Shown in pieces: positions 39,101-52,839 of a stretch of 64,000 nucleotides of DNA. The translations under genes were made by a program, and so were the position numbers. Origin of the DNA: Amphiscolops sp. MND2022. Its lineage: Eukaryota. Positions within the stretch are counted from its first letter, which is position 1. Each line of letters opens with the position of its first letter. The notes beneath the pieces are model-generated. The model saw only the letters and a list, made by a program, of their open reading frames with translations. It was not told where the DNA came from and made no database searches. The stretch covers positions 26,722,001 through 26,786,000 of the forward strand of contig OZ076410.1 in assembly GCA_964187785.1 (NCBI GenBank), read 5' to 3'.

Positions 39101-40350
39101 TTTTGTTGATGCTACAGATAAGATTGACAATCACATCCAGGGTCTGAAGATATACTTTTGTTACAATGTGGGAATGGATGAAACGTGCTGACTGTAATTC
39201 AACGAGCGCCGAGTACAACCGTTTTGAGAACCATAAAACATTCAAGTTTGATACTCTCAGTTCATGAAACTTTATTGTGTGAAAATATCTGGGTTTGTTC
39301 TGTGACAAAATTTTCGATAGACTTACAAAAGTTTTTCAAATAGTGGTGTGCGTGAAATTTCGAACATTATTCGATTACGAGATCTTTGATTTTTTCACCT
39401 TTTTCCTTTGCCAGACAAGTCGTGATTTTAAATTTTTAAAATTCTTGTTTGAAGGCTCCAAAAAGACACACAACAAACACATGTCTGAATAAAAGATCTT
39501 CGCTGGAAAACATGATAGCGCAGTTTCGATTCTAGGGTAATAGTACTGCTTAATACTCAACTTATAATTTGCTTTTTATTTTTTGATAAAACATCAAATG
39601 GCATGGACTACATTACATGCAGGTAGGAAGTTTTGTCACGAAATCTTAAGTCTTTATTTTTTTTGCCAATGCGGAACTTGTTGGACATATCTCCAAGTAA
39701 ATAAAAAAATTTCTGAACTACTACCTTTCGAACTTCTACCACACTCTAAAACACTGAGGAAATTGGGGAAAAAATCGGTAGTCAAACGGAGTGAAAGGCT
39801 CATGAAAAGTATTTGTGTGACCCTTAGTTGCAACTGCTTGAAACTTTTACATGATTTTATAGGCTACCGAGCACTTTTGGCATGATTTTTGGAGAATCAT
39901 TAATGCTAAATATTTCCCTGATGCAATGCTGTATTAATTCAAGTATTAATTAGGATTTCTTTACAATTTGGCGGGTTTTCAGAGCAACATCAAGGAAGTT
40001 CAAGAAAAATTCTTCGCAAAATTTTTCCATGTTTCTGGGGCAAACCCTCAACTTTTGTGAGTTCTGAAGCTAACATATGAGGTAAACAAATTTTTGCGTG
40101 CGCCAGTGTGGCAAACAAATTCGTATAACTGGAAATGTTTTCGACAGAAAATTTTTTTGCATGCAAACTGCTGAATTACGCAATTTTCATCACTTTTCGT
40201 GTTTTGAAAAACAAAAACAATCCATTTTTCCAAGTTCCATACAGTTTTTTAGGAAACTACTTCAGAACGGAGTATTAAAACTGGCTGTTTTTATTGGTTG
40301 ATGTTTCAACATTTTTGCAAACTTTTTTCAGCACCGAAGGTGTTTAGAAA

Positions 40351-41914
40351 TGTCGCAGGCGGCCGCCTGCGATGGTAACAGGTACACGGTCGCATATGGT
40401 TATTGCAGGGCCCTACCCGGAACAATTCCGCTAGATTGAGGAAATACAAGCAGTTGAGCCAAGAGGTCCAAGGCAGACATAATTAAAACTTTTACAAAAA
40501 AACTGTTTTGTATTACTGGTTTGTGTTACTATAGCATGTAATTGCATACAGTCAGTAGCTATATTACTTGTTAGTTATATTTTAAAACAAGTAAATATAA
40601 TTAGATGTGCTGTGAAATGGACACCAAGGCGTACAGGTAGAGGAAACGCGTTCAAAGTGTTTCCTCTCCTGTCGCTGTGGACAAGAAGTCCAAATTAAAT
40701 TCAACCAATCACATCTCAGCATTCAACTGAGCACTCTAATACAGCGTTGATATTAGTGGACATTATGGCTACGCGCCGTTCCTTTTCAAATAAAGATATA
40801 CTCGCTAAGGCGATGGGACACTGAGTCCAATTTGACTGGTGCTTTCATGATTGTAGTAAAAGACTTAATTTGAAGAATAGTGTTGCGTACAATTACATTC
40901 TTACAAATAAAGGTGCTATATCTGATGCCCCCTTCATGGCTCAAAGGCCGTATTTGGCCAAAGTCCAAATTCTCCTGTCTAAAGTATATGCGAGTGTGAT
41001 CAAAACATGTAATTATTACATGAATGTTACATGCAGTGTTGCCTTCATCGTCATAAAAGTGCAGTTGTCCCTTAAGGACGAGCGAGGCGGTGTAACGCCT
41101 TTGAAATGGCCAATAGGTCATTGCGTCATGTAACCCTGAAAGAGGTGATGCTTTTTTAGAATAGTACTTATCAATTTTTAGAACATGACAGTTCTTTTTT
41201 CGATAGTCATGCAGTCTATCATATATATACCCGGGACTCTTGGACCGGAGGACACAATTTAGTTATATATGCAGCCTATGAATTGATCTTATTCTGTTTG
41301 CAAGCCTAAAGATAATTAATTATTACCTCTTGCAATTGTCCCTTATGCCTTCTACAAGGAAACAAAAGGCGAAAGCTAGAAAGTCATGGGAAAAGGACAT
41401 GATGTCTGACTTTAAAAATATGGACGTAATGATAGGAAATGAAAACACTAATCCTATTGAACGTGAACTTTCAAACATGATCGGAACTGTGGTAAACGAT
41501 CAAGACATTGAGTCCAATCCCCAATCTTCGCGGTATGAAATTCATGGAAATGAATTTGGGCATTATGCTCATGAAAATGCAATTCCTAGGCAAGATAGAA
41601 TTCGAGAGACGCTGGAAACTTTTACTAGAGAATTCAACATGAGACTTTCACAAGAAATGGATTCAATGATGTCAATATTGCATAATCAGATAAACAGGGC
41701 GATAAGCACAGCAATCAAACCGAGAGAGTGATTCCAAAGATTCAAAATATAGTGAGTTCGATTTCATCCTCAGGGAATCGAGACACTGAGGCCAGTTCGT
41801 CCCCCAATAGCCAGGAAACCGCTGAAATGAACAATGGGTTTAGAAATAAAATTGCGAAAAAGGACTCACAGTCTACTGGTGACCTTAGAACACCTACAGA
41901 CAGCAGTCCTTACA
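40351..41914 (+). repeat. Putative 5' LTR of element D (about 1564 bp)
   Basis: Start supported by 82-bp copies after PPTs (2 mismatches); end inferred from ...TTACA followed by PBS-like TGGTGACAGGAG. No full 3' LTR in the window to confirm the length. Confidence 0.65.
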
Positions 41915-41926
41915 TGGTGACAGGAG
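41915..41926 (+). promoter_or_regulatory. Putative PBS of element D
   Basis: TGGTGACAGGAG directly after CA; from memory one mismatch to a tRNA-Leu-type PBS (unverified). Confidence 0.55.
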
Positions 41927-43043
41927 CTACCGACACCCAACGGCAATTTCCTGAATTCCTGACTGGACGAATCCACTCGCACCCGAACCTTGAGAGACAA
42001 GAATCAAGCCATAACGTCTCTTTGGACACTACTCTACCTGCCCCAGTGCCTGAGGTGCCACAAACACCCCAGGACCCGATAAACAGATTGGCTGATGTGC
42101 TGGTCAATCTCCAGACAAACCACACTCGATGACAATTAGACCAGTTACAACCACCCCATGACATTTGATGGCAGAAGTGAGAAATTTCAATTCTTTGAGG
42201 ACTTGTTCCATACAAGGATAAAAATGCAACCCGTAATGACCGAGCAAATGAAAATTAATAATTTTCACTCCTTGCTCCGGAAGGAGGCACTGCAAACATT
42301 CAGGAACATAAACACCATCAACCGTCAAACACTTGAAGACGTCCTGGGCATATTCCGACGCAAATATGTAAAACCAGAATCGCAGGCAACAGCCAAACAC
42401 AAATGGCACAGACTCATTTTTGACCCTAATACGATGAAATTGCCTGAGTTTTTGGAGGAGCTGAATCAAGGTGCCGAGAAAGCCTTTGGTGAAAATGCCA
42501 AAAGCATGATTGACAGCTTGGTCCATGCCAATCTACCACCAAAGCTAAAGCGATCTGTCAACATGGCCCGTCTAGAAAATGGGACATATGAAGAAATTGT
42601 AGCTCATCTTGAAAGAGAGCTCGAACTCAATGCATTGGAGGAATCGGATGACCTAGCAATCGCCACAATGGCCTCAGCGTCCACAAGTAGCCGAAACTTA
42701 CTATCCACTGGCATTGACACCAACAAAGAAGCACAATGCGCCTACTGCAAGGCAACCGGCCATTTTTACAAAATTGTCCAAAGTTGAAAAAGAAAACGGA
42801 ATTAGAGGACAAGACTGGCAAGAAATCGCAGCGCCCAACATACCCATCGTGTGATACATGCGGGAAAAAGAATCACCCGACGGAACGATGTTGACAAGGC
42901 GCTGGAGCGCATCAACGACCCAAGAGGAATCGCAATGATGACAAAAATAACGATGACTCAAAAGAGGATGAAAAACCCAAGAAGACAAATAATAATAATG
43001 AAACATCCTCCTCAGGCCAATCCAATTCCAAGAAGCCCGTGTC

Positions 43044-43053
43044 AAAAAACTGA
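43044..43053 (+). promoter_or_regulatory. Predicted -1 ribosomal frameshift site AAAAAAC followed by the gag stop
   Basis: A AAA AAC then TGA; the pol frame (ORF from 43056) is -1 relative to gag. Confidence 0.7.
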
Positions 43054-43055
43054 TT

Positions 43056-46000
43056 TTGCCACGACTCCAAATACATGACTATATGCCAGTACGACAATAT
43101 GTCATATCATATCCTCCAATAGTAAACATCCGACAATATGTTAAAGACACCAATTGCATCCAGTCCGTTGTCTGGCAGCAACAGATTGAAAAAGCCTACA
43201 TCAAAACTTACAAAGCAGTACATAATGATCGCCCAGACCAATACTATGACATGGACTACACTAAAAACTTTACGACCCAATTCCGACCTTACCATTAAAC
43301 GAAAATTACAACACTCAATACATAGACCGCGACTACGGAAAAGACCCGTATTGGGATGATGAAATATACGATAAACAAAACCTACAATTTAGAGGTGACG
43401 ACTATCCTCCAACGGATGACGAAGAAGATCCTGAAATACGGGACAACAAACTAACTCAAACCCTCATTGAGCTTTGGCAAACAAACTCCGAAGCAATGTT
43501 CTCAGAAATTGAGGAATCATACCATCAGGAAGACCCCAAGTGCCTTTCTAGCCTTTTCGACAAAACAGCCTTCTTGCACCTTCTAGTTGAAAAGGAGGGA
43601 GAAGCATCATACGTTCCCCTTTCAACAAACCTTGGACACAAATTCAAAAGACGGATGCTGTATTTCCCAATGGATTTTGGGGAGCTAACCTTAGACGGCC
43701 TAATAGACACTGGGGCCCACTCCAGTGCAATACCAGAAGCAGATCTCCGGAAAATACGCTTATGGGTGCCTCAATCCATAGTAAAGGAGGGACCTGTTCC
43801 ATCTTTCCAAATAATGGTCGCAAATGGGGATTTAGAAACCCCGAAAAGTACCGTCGAACTAAAGTTTGAAGTCGGAGACATAGAGTTCCACGAAATTTTT
43901 TTAGTAATGGAAAAATTGTCTAGTCCCATAATTGGACTGATGTTCCTGCAAAGAAACCACACAGTCCTGGACATGCACCAAGGTTTTTTAAACTTTCCCT
44001 ATTTCTCAATGCAACTCAAAACGGCTGACCACAAAGACTCAAATGTATTGGAACCTATCGTCAACCCCGAGGATGTCACAATTTCGCCAAATGACCATGC
44101 AGTCATACCCATTCAATCTCAAATCTACGCAGAAAATGCTGTTACGGGCATACTAAAACCCAGTGACCTTCTGCATGAAGAAGGCGACATAACCTTTTGT
44201 GCCGCTATAGTTACACTACATGAAGGGGCTATGAGGATACACGTTAACAATTTCACCGATCAACCCTACAAACTCAAGAAAGGGATGCATTTTGCCAATT
44301 TCTCAGTATTGACTCCTGAGCAGATGAAACATGTCAGGCCAATAGACCCAATGTCCACCTGACATTTACTTAACGAAAAGGAGGAAGATGCAAATTACTA
44401 CATTAGTAGTCTACATAAAGCCAACAGAAACAATGACCAATACGAACAATACTGGTTCCCAACACCTGAAAATCCAGGGGACGAAACGACCCATACCCCA
44501 ATACAACAAAAAATTCTCAGAGAATTACGAAACTTGCAAGATTTAGAACAACTCAATCCGCATGCTGATGCAGAATCCCGCCGAAAATTCCTCAACAATT
44601 TTGACTGGAAAGACTCAATGCTACAACAGCTTGTGATCAGACAAGAAGAAACTCTATTAGTAGAATTCCATGATATTTTCGCACGCCATAGATTTGACAT
44701 TGGCGTCAACGAAGAATTTACAGTCAAATTGACCCCAAAGGACGAATCACCTGCTTACAGTCAGAGCCTACCTACTCCGGTCAACCTCAAAGAGGACATA
44801 TTGTTCGAACTGGCACTACTTCACACGAACTGGTATTATAACGAATTTACCATTCTCAAAGTACGCCATTCCCATATTTGCGCAGAAAAAACCCAATGGA
44901 AAACTGAGACTGTTGGTGGATTTGAGAAAAAATAATAATCTGATCTCAAATGATTACGTCAATAACAACCACCCAGTCAGCACGTTGACGGACGTTGCGC
45001 AACACAAGGCCGGCAAAATTTTTTTGTAAACTCGACTGTTCACGAGCTTACCACTGTCTCCCCATTGCAGACCAGAAATCCATTGAATTGCTAGCCTTTA
45101 ACTTCACCAGCAGGACATTTCCCTACAGAAGATTAGCTCAAGGACTCAGCCGAGCCCTATCGGCCTTCTCCAGTTTGATGAGAGAATATCTGGATCGTGT
45201 TATAAAAGCCGACCAATGCGCTCAATATGAGACGATATCGGCGTTGCGGCAACGGATGCCAACCAACTCATCGCCAACTTAAGAGCAACATTCCAATGCA
45301 TTAGAGAAGCGGGAGTGAAACTATCCATGCACAAGTGCCATTTTGGGGCCACTGAAATCGATTTCTTTGGGAGAACAATTACCCCTGAAGGGGTCAAACC
45401 CCAAAAGGAAAGAATTACCAATTTCTTGGAAAAAACGAAATTTCCGAAGTCCAAGGAGGCCTTGCAATGTTATCTTGGCTTCCTCAATTACTACAGGAAC
45501 TACAAACCGATATTATCTGAAAAATTAGTTCCCTTCTTCCAACTCCTCAAAAAAGACGAAAAAGTCCTGGTGACAACAGAACTAGTAGAACAGTTCAATG
45601 AAATCAACAGAGACTTAGACAGGTGCAGTCAATTAGCGCTGAAACAACCCTTACCAAACAAGCAATTGGTCCTTATGACCGTTGCAAGTTTTACGGCAGC
45701 CGGTTACGCTATACTGACCGAACACGACCCAAATCAGAAATTCACTTCGCCAATAGCATATGGATCAAAAACATTCACTCCTTCTCAACTCAAAATGTCA
45801 ATATAAGCAAAATAATTCCTAGCAATATATTACGTGTTCAAGGAGTTTGGACACATCTTCTTGGGAACACCCAAACCAGTAATCATCCTCACGGACAATA
45901 AATCGGTCACAAGGTTCTTCCAGAAAAAGATAATACCACCGCCACTCTGGAACGCTTGTGATTTTGTGATCCAATTCGACTTCACAATAGCTCACATTAT

Positions 46001-48140
46001 TCCAGGTAAAAATAACACAGTGGCGGATTATCTGTCCCGCATGGAAATGGACTTCAATGAAAAATTAATCCTGAAAATACGTGAGGACGTGGAAACACAA
46101 CCAATCGAAGTTAATGTCCAATCGGCAGGAGTGTCCGAAGAAGAACAAGTCTTTTTCACTGAAGAACACAATGAAACGGAAGAACAGATTTGGGAACGGA
46201 AAAAACAATCCCAAAAGGGAGCCAAGGTCCTGAGCCAATAATACACATTGATGCAATTACGGAAAACTCTGTGGAGGAACTCACCAATTTCACTCAGAAA
46301 TTACGACGAACAATCCAATTATTACTAGAGCAATCTAAAGATCAGACGCTACGACAATTGAAAGCAAAAATCCAACAGGAGGAATATTCAGAGGAATATC
46401 TTCAACAAGTTATTCGGTACAAACATTACCTCCATAATTTTGACCGTCTAGTCCTGAAAGATGAAGTTATAACACGGTAATACTATGGTGAAACTGGACA
46501 AGTTAAAATCACCAAATCCTACTGCCAAAACATTTACTAAAAGAACTACTGAAAGCAATACACGGCACGGCACATCGACACCCAGGCATTTCAAAAATGC
46601 TACAGGAAATACGACAAAAATACTACTACCCAGGAACAGCAAAGCATGTTAAAGAGTGGGTAGAAGGATGCGAGATATGTGCCAAGGACAAACGTGTCCC
46701 GAACAACGCAATAACACTGGAACTCTTTAATTTGACTGAATGGGACCTTGGACCAGAAGATGCCATGCAAATTGACTTGCTACAAATATTGCCCGCTAGT
46801 GGAGGATACCAAACGGTAATGACAGCGATTGACGTCTTTTCAAGATATTTATTTGCATACCCGCTAATTGAGGCAACTGCCACAAATGTATTGAAAGTGA
46901 TATTTGATATCATGACAAAACATTCATACCTGCCAACAACCGTCATCACGGACAAGGGTCCGCGTTTACCTCCACAATTATAGCGGAAATTACAAAAGTT
47001 TTCGGCATAACACTTAGATGCGCCACAACTAAACACCCGCAGACTATTGGCAAACTAGAAAGGACGCATGCCTCACTTAAAACAAATTTAAAAATGGCCT
47101 CAGGGGAATATCGACGACAATGGCACAAATACCTGCAAGTAGCTGAGCTCAACTATAATACAACATACCATTCTAATATCGGATGTGAACCGAGTAAAGT
47201 CTTTCATGGCCGAATTCCCTTCAACGTTCTAGATCATAAATTGGGAAACAATCCCAATAAAAATTTCCTGCCAACTACGGAACTTGCGGAAAAAGTACAA
47301 CAGAGGACAAAAACCCTCATTGATCAAACCAAGAAGAAGATCATGCAGTCCTTTTTGAAATACAAAGACTACTATGACAGAAAGGCCAAAGCTGCTCCGC
47401 TTAAACAAAAAAAGGACTATTGCTTTATATTGCAACCCAAATATGACAGTCAAGCATCAAAAGTTCCATTTAGAGAATACCGATGGATTCGAGATTCGAC
47501 CTTTCATCATTCAAAAAGTCTTAACAAACGATAAATATATCGTGCGTCGAATTATTACTGATAAAACGCAAATACTACATCGGATTAGACTGAAAAAAAT
47601 GTACCTAATACGCCCTTACAGGACAATTACGCCGGCGAAAAGCTACAACCCGACGAGGAGATAGTAATACCGCAAGACGATTTGTATACTATCTCATGGG
47701 AGGTAGACTTTGATTACGACTTATTTGAAACGAGAAAAGATGATTGGCCGGACACGGCCACGCGTCGGCTGAATGACGCCGCAAGCGGCGGAGTGAACTA
47801 TCAAGTCACCGAAGATGAACGCTGCAGCTTGGATGAAGATGGAAAACGCAGCGGTGAACAAGCGAATGCAAGTGACGTCAACGAGAATCAAATAAAGCCG
47901 ACCACCGGCCAACAGCCGAGACGCGACGTCCCCGCTAAATGAATCGCCTAGTGGGACAGAAAATGAAAATGACGTCACTAATGATTTAGACAACACGGAA
48001 ATCGCTTCAAATGGAGGCGCAGATATTACCGTGCCCGGAATATTGGAAAATGAAAAAACTGAAGAAAACTCTAGCCCTAGAGGAGGGAAATGTAAAGACC
48101 TAACCCCAGCCCCAACTTTTCTGATGAATACAGATACTAG
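43056..48140 (+). pseudogene. pol of element D (PR-RT-RH-INT, many frameshifts)
   Basis: LIDTGAHSS, KLDCSRAYH, frameshifted Y-DD at about 45226-45236, TVAS (RNase H), HPG...CEIC, MQIDLL, TDKG; long C-terminal tail ending DEYRY-TAG. Confidence 0.93.
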
Positions 48141-48363
48141 TCAGACATGTGAATTAACGTCCCAAAGGCCACATGGACCAGATAATGATTTTTAACAGGG
48201 ACTACTCAGACTTTTTTTTAATTTTTTAAAAACAATCATACGTCGACAAAGCGACTAACAACCAACAGACCATACACGAAACTGTGAAGTAATAATACAA
48301 TAGATACAAGGAAGCAGAACAACAAATAAACAGAAGTTTGAAACGAATGTACAGTATGTACAT

Positions 48364-51300
48364 TTAGGACTTAGAAGTAGATTGTTCAAGTTTTCTTGGG
48401 CAGCACCCACCTCCGCAGGTTCCGTAGGGTCAAACATAACTTTCCGTTTCACCGCACCTGGGGATTTTTTCCGTCGACCAGAGTTGCTGGGAGAACTTGA
48501 ACCAGAGGCCGAACGACTAGAAGAGACTGACTTAGACTTTTGAGCGATAGACTTGTATGTTGCGTGCATTGTCTTGAAAAAGCTGTTTCTGCCAAAGGCA
48601 TCCACATGACTCCAAGGATCACACGCCACATAACCAGAATTAAACTGCCCAACAAGTTCACGAAACTTTGCAATTGACTCCTAACTTGTACATACAGAAA
48701 TAGCTTAAGGAAAACGGGCCAAATACGATTGTGATGGTAGAAGAACATCACCCAAGCTACCTGTGTGGCTTTGCGAATCTACGTCTTGAGATTGTATGGG
48801 AGGTAGTAAAGGGGTTTCTTCGGTAAGGCACAGACAGCTGAGTCGGAATAGTCGATACAGATGAGGACGATTCTTTAGCTCGGGCATTGTGGACAGTATG
48901 TCCACCATGTCTGTGAAACCTCCTGGTGAAAAATTCAAGCGAGAATACATCCGACGGAAGTGGCCTAAGAATTCCAAATATTCATCGCGACAGTCGTATT
49001 CAGTAGAGCCATCCAACCAGCCCCGGAGACTGAAACTTCGGCAAAGTGCCACGAAGCAAAATGAAGCTTGCTCTAGAGGAAGGTTCAACAAAATATGAGG
49101 ATCGGAACAGGCCATCCTCCTCGCAATATCTGCGTTTAAACTGACATGTCCAAGAAATTTTTCGAGCAGGAAAACGATGTAACTTCTCGCCTGAGCAACG
49201 AATTTTTCCTTGGCTTCTTCAACAAAGTGCGGAAGATTAAGGATAGGACCTTCCCTGTCGCTGTAATCCCTCTTTACTTTTGCGGTTGCCGCTTCATCAA
49301 GATCCAATTTCAGCCGTGAACGGGTTAGAAAGTCTCTGGAAGACAGGTGACGGAGTTCGGCTGCACGCATTATTGGTAGTTGTGTCCAATCAGTATCTTT
49401 GGGAAGATCTTTGATCAAAAGAGACCGGTAGCAAAGCCTGCGAACAGAGCAGTTCAATTGGCCGAAGGTGAAGAATCCTGAGTCTCGGTGGCCAACTAGG
49501 CTCCTCTCGAAGCACACATTGTCTAAACAAACAAATGGACGTTTAGGATATTAGACATCTATGTGAAAGGATACGATTTGCCACCTAAGAAATTTTCCTC
49601 CAATATTGGAAGGATATTTACAATCATATACAAGCCTCCCGTAGAATTCCAACTTGATAGGGAAGAATCTAATAATTTGCCACTCGAGAATCTGAGGCTG
49701 AAAAGGCACAGTAACTTGGTGAAAATTCTGAGAACAAAAGTATCAGATGCATACCCAAGAGATCATTTAGTAACATTATTCTTGACTCCCAGCATCTCAT
49801 ATGTTGGCGCGATTCTAGTAATATGATCCAAAAACGGCCCCCAGTTAGTGATGATTTCGGAACGAATAGTTGGAAAGGAGCGCATCCGTAAATCACAACT
49901 GAAGATAGCCTAGAAACAACAAAGTTTAGCACGAAGAAGGAAATACATGCAGGAAATGTCGAGGGTTAACAAGACCAACCTTGGCTAGCTCAGGAGTGCG
50001 GACGAACCAAGGCTCATCGAGGCTTCCGGCGAGGAAGGCTACCAATTATTTGAGCTGGGTGTAAATGTCATTGCGCACAAACACACTTCCCTCTCTTTTC
50101 CGCATCAGACTATGTAGTGACAGGACGTTGTAACGGAATGGGTACTCTATTCCTTTTGACAATAAGGACGATTGCTCGACTGTTTGCAGAACATCGGATG
50201 TACATCCCGACATACACACCATCTGGGGTGATTTCGATAAGAAGGAGAAAAGGCGTGCTACTGCGAGTAATTGGTTTCGGGCAAGGTGTGAGTTGGGGCT
50301 GTGGCGAGCAAGTTGGACTTTGACAAGTCTGTCGGCCTTCTAGTATCGAAGAGAAGCGACTTCATGTGTTCCCTGTTGTTCGAATTCCAGTGAATATAGA
50401 CCAGTCTCATTCACGGATAACGCTATGTCCTCGATGCCACGCAGGAAGACATGGTGGAAGATAGCCTGAAAGAATACAAGTAAATTGGAGTAATTACGTA
50501 CCAGCTTCATGACTTAAATGTCAACCTCTAACTGTGCCATCCTATCAACCTGAAGGAAAAGGAGAAGGGAATGGAACATCTGCTTACCGCGATCATGGTA
50601 GAGCTCCAGTCGAGGTCGCCGAACATTTCCTGGTGGTTAGTGAAGTTTCTCACCTCCGTCCAAAGTCCTTCTAAGACGCTGAGATTGCCAAAATGTGGTA
50701 CAAAGCGGGCAATGAGTAATATCTGGGTGCCAATCCGGACATCCTCAGGATTTGAAAGTCCCCAACCCCAGCCATGTACTCTTCGTAAAAAGGAAAGCAT
50801 GGTCCGATGTCCATCAGTGGAGCAAATTCAAAGAGCGGTTTTTCCTTTTCAAGCTCGATCGCCGATAGAATGTGTCCATCTCGGCCTCTAACAGCATGAA
50901 CGGTTACTCCGGGGATTTTGTCAAACTTGCCCAAGTGCTCATAGCGCCATCTCTGGTCCCCTCTCAAATGAGCTTCGGATTGATAATGCCTGCCAATTTC
51001 CCTAGCCCCTTTGGAATAACTCGACACGTTCGTTTTGCAAAATTGACAGTAAATTTTATGTTTATTGTGGAAAGGGTCTAACAGGACAGTAACAAACACC
51101 CTCGTCCACTGGATGCCTTAAAAATAGGCTGGCTTCATTACTTTCCCCGGTCGGCTCATCAGTCTACGCTTTTTGCGTGGGGGACTTGACACAGCGCCCT
51201 GTGGAGCAGTTTGAGCTTGAATGGTAGATAGTGGCTGGTAATCACCCTCGCTGTAGCCAGGGCTAGGGACAGTGTAGTAACTACCGCCGGGAAGAGACTC

Positions 51301-51902
51301 TCCTTCCATGGGTCCGCCCGCAACTCTTGGGTAGATTTTGCTGGCCCCGATTGAGCACCTGAACCGAACCCAGCAATCCCAATCTCCTCATCTGAGGCCA
51401 GGGCCCCACTGGTGTATCCATCAGTAGTGTAACCTTCGCTGTCATTCTCGATCTCAGAGGTGGCAGGCTTAGCCTTGAAGGGACTTTCTCCTCCAATCAA
51501 TGCCTTGCGAAATCGTGCTGGTGGTTGTCCCTTTCCTCCGTAAACGGCCTGGAGGACGAGCGCACGCATGCTGTGCAAGGATGTTCTGACCGCTTCATCT
51601 GAGATACATTTAAGAACAGCATGGATCTGTGGTTCACTAAAGGCCACTGTTGTATGTCCTAGTGAGAGTTCGACGGGATTAGTAGTAGTTTGCGCAATAG
51701 AGCTCGTCCATTTGGCGACATTGGTTCAGGAATTTTCAACATAAACAGAAAAGCTCTCTTCGGCACCACTGCTGGATGACATATTGGATGCCGGACGAAG
51801 GTCTGTGTTTTCACCACTAGTAGCAGTCGGTTGTTCCTCCACAGTTTCTGGAGTTTTATCCAAGAAAGGTGTTTTCACAATAGAGTGATCTTCTGACGAC
51901 AT
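48364..51902 (-). pseudogene. Antisense hAT-transposase-derived gene of element D (only copy with the native C-terminus)
   Basis: Frameshifted chain from MSSEDH (51902) through the BED-like finger to ORFs 48705-49517 and 48255-48629; carries a 423-bp deletion relative to the other copies. Confidence 0.65.
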
Positions 51903-52839
51903 TCCTGAAAGGAAAGAAGAAATTTAGCGGACAAACTTCCTAAATTTGAAATCCCTTGTGCCGCCTTAAATGCTTCCGGAAGTAAGAAAGTATTCAAAAT
52001 GAAACACGTGAAATATGTGTTTATTGGGACAGGAAGTACGTGAACCGATTTGGACCCTGATCAAGTTCATTTCTGTTCAAATCAAAGTAGGAAACACCTA
52101 CCGCTTTGTGGTTAAATCCGAGGTTATGGCCGGTTGGATCACAGGGGTTTTGGAGAATTGCGGAATTGGTGTGAGGAGATGTATTAGAATGCCGGAAAGC
52201 AGTCTAAAATGCAGGAAGACAGCTATCCAATGTATCCAAGTGAAGACCACAAGAATGAGAATGTTGTAACTTTGTCAACAACTCTGTATGTATTTGATAG
52301 ATATGACGGCGGAAAGCTCTGGTGTTCAAAAGTGTAGGGCGTCAAAAATCTGCACGTGAAGAGAATTGAAATTGGCTGGGAGTTGTCAATGGGGACCTGG
52401 AGTCGATTGTCCCGGGAAAAATCCACAAGGGAAGGGGCGATTGGACACTGAGTCCCAAGAGGAAGACTATGTTAAAGTGGAGTATAAATAAATATAAAGA
52501 GAACCTAATTGTCGAACTATCGGCTAAATAGTGATAATGACAATGATTAAACACTGGGTAATACAAGTGAAGAAGAAAATGGAAGAATTTAATATGGCAG
52601 ATATGAAGAGACTTAGCGGCTTGATGAAAGGTTTTAAGAAGGAAAATTTTGTTTATTGAAATATTTCCAGACGGGAAACGAAACAGAAAACCCGGGAAAA
52701 AAATCGTGATATTGTGAAAATCCCGCGAGGCGAAGGATCGCCATTCGTACGATTTTAACCGCTCAAGTCAGCTGCCTCCGAACCCCAAAATACTAAAGTT
52801 CTTTCCAAAATTGCCAAAAAAATAACAAAAGCTAGATTC

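Larger units (their letters stand above)
41345..43053 (+). pseudogene. Gag of element D, starting inside the LTR (frameshifted)
   Basis: MPSTRKQK... (41345) joined through frameshifts to ORFs 41728-42132 and 42158-42787; knuckles CAYCKATGH and CDTCGKKNH; ends KPVSKN-TGA. Confidence 0.85.

Noticed and set aside
39100-40350. Short ORFs in AT-rich spacer DNA
   Set aside because: All are at most 100 aa, Phe/Lys-biased as expected from A/T runs, with no motifs.
40786-41133. Overlapping ORFs of 111 and 87 aa within the D LTR
   Set aside because: No recognisable motifs and no second LTR copy to test conservation.
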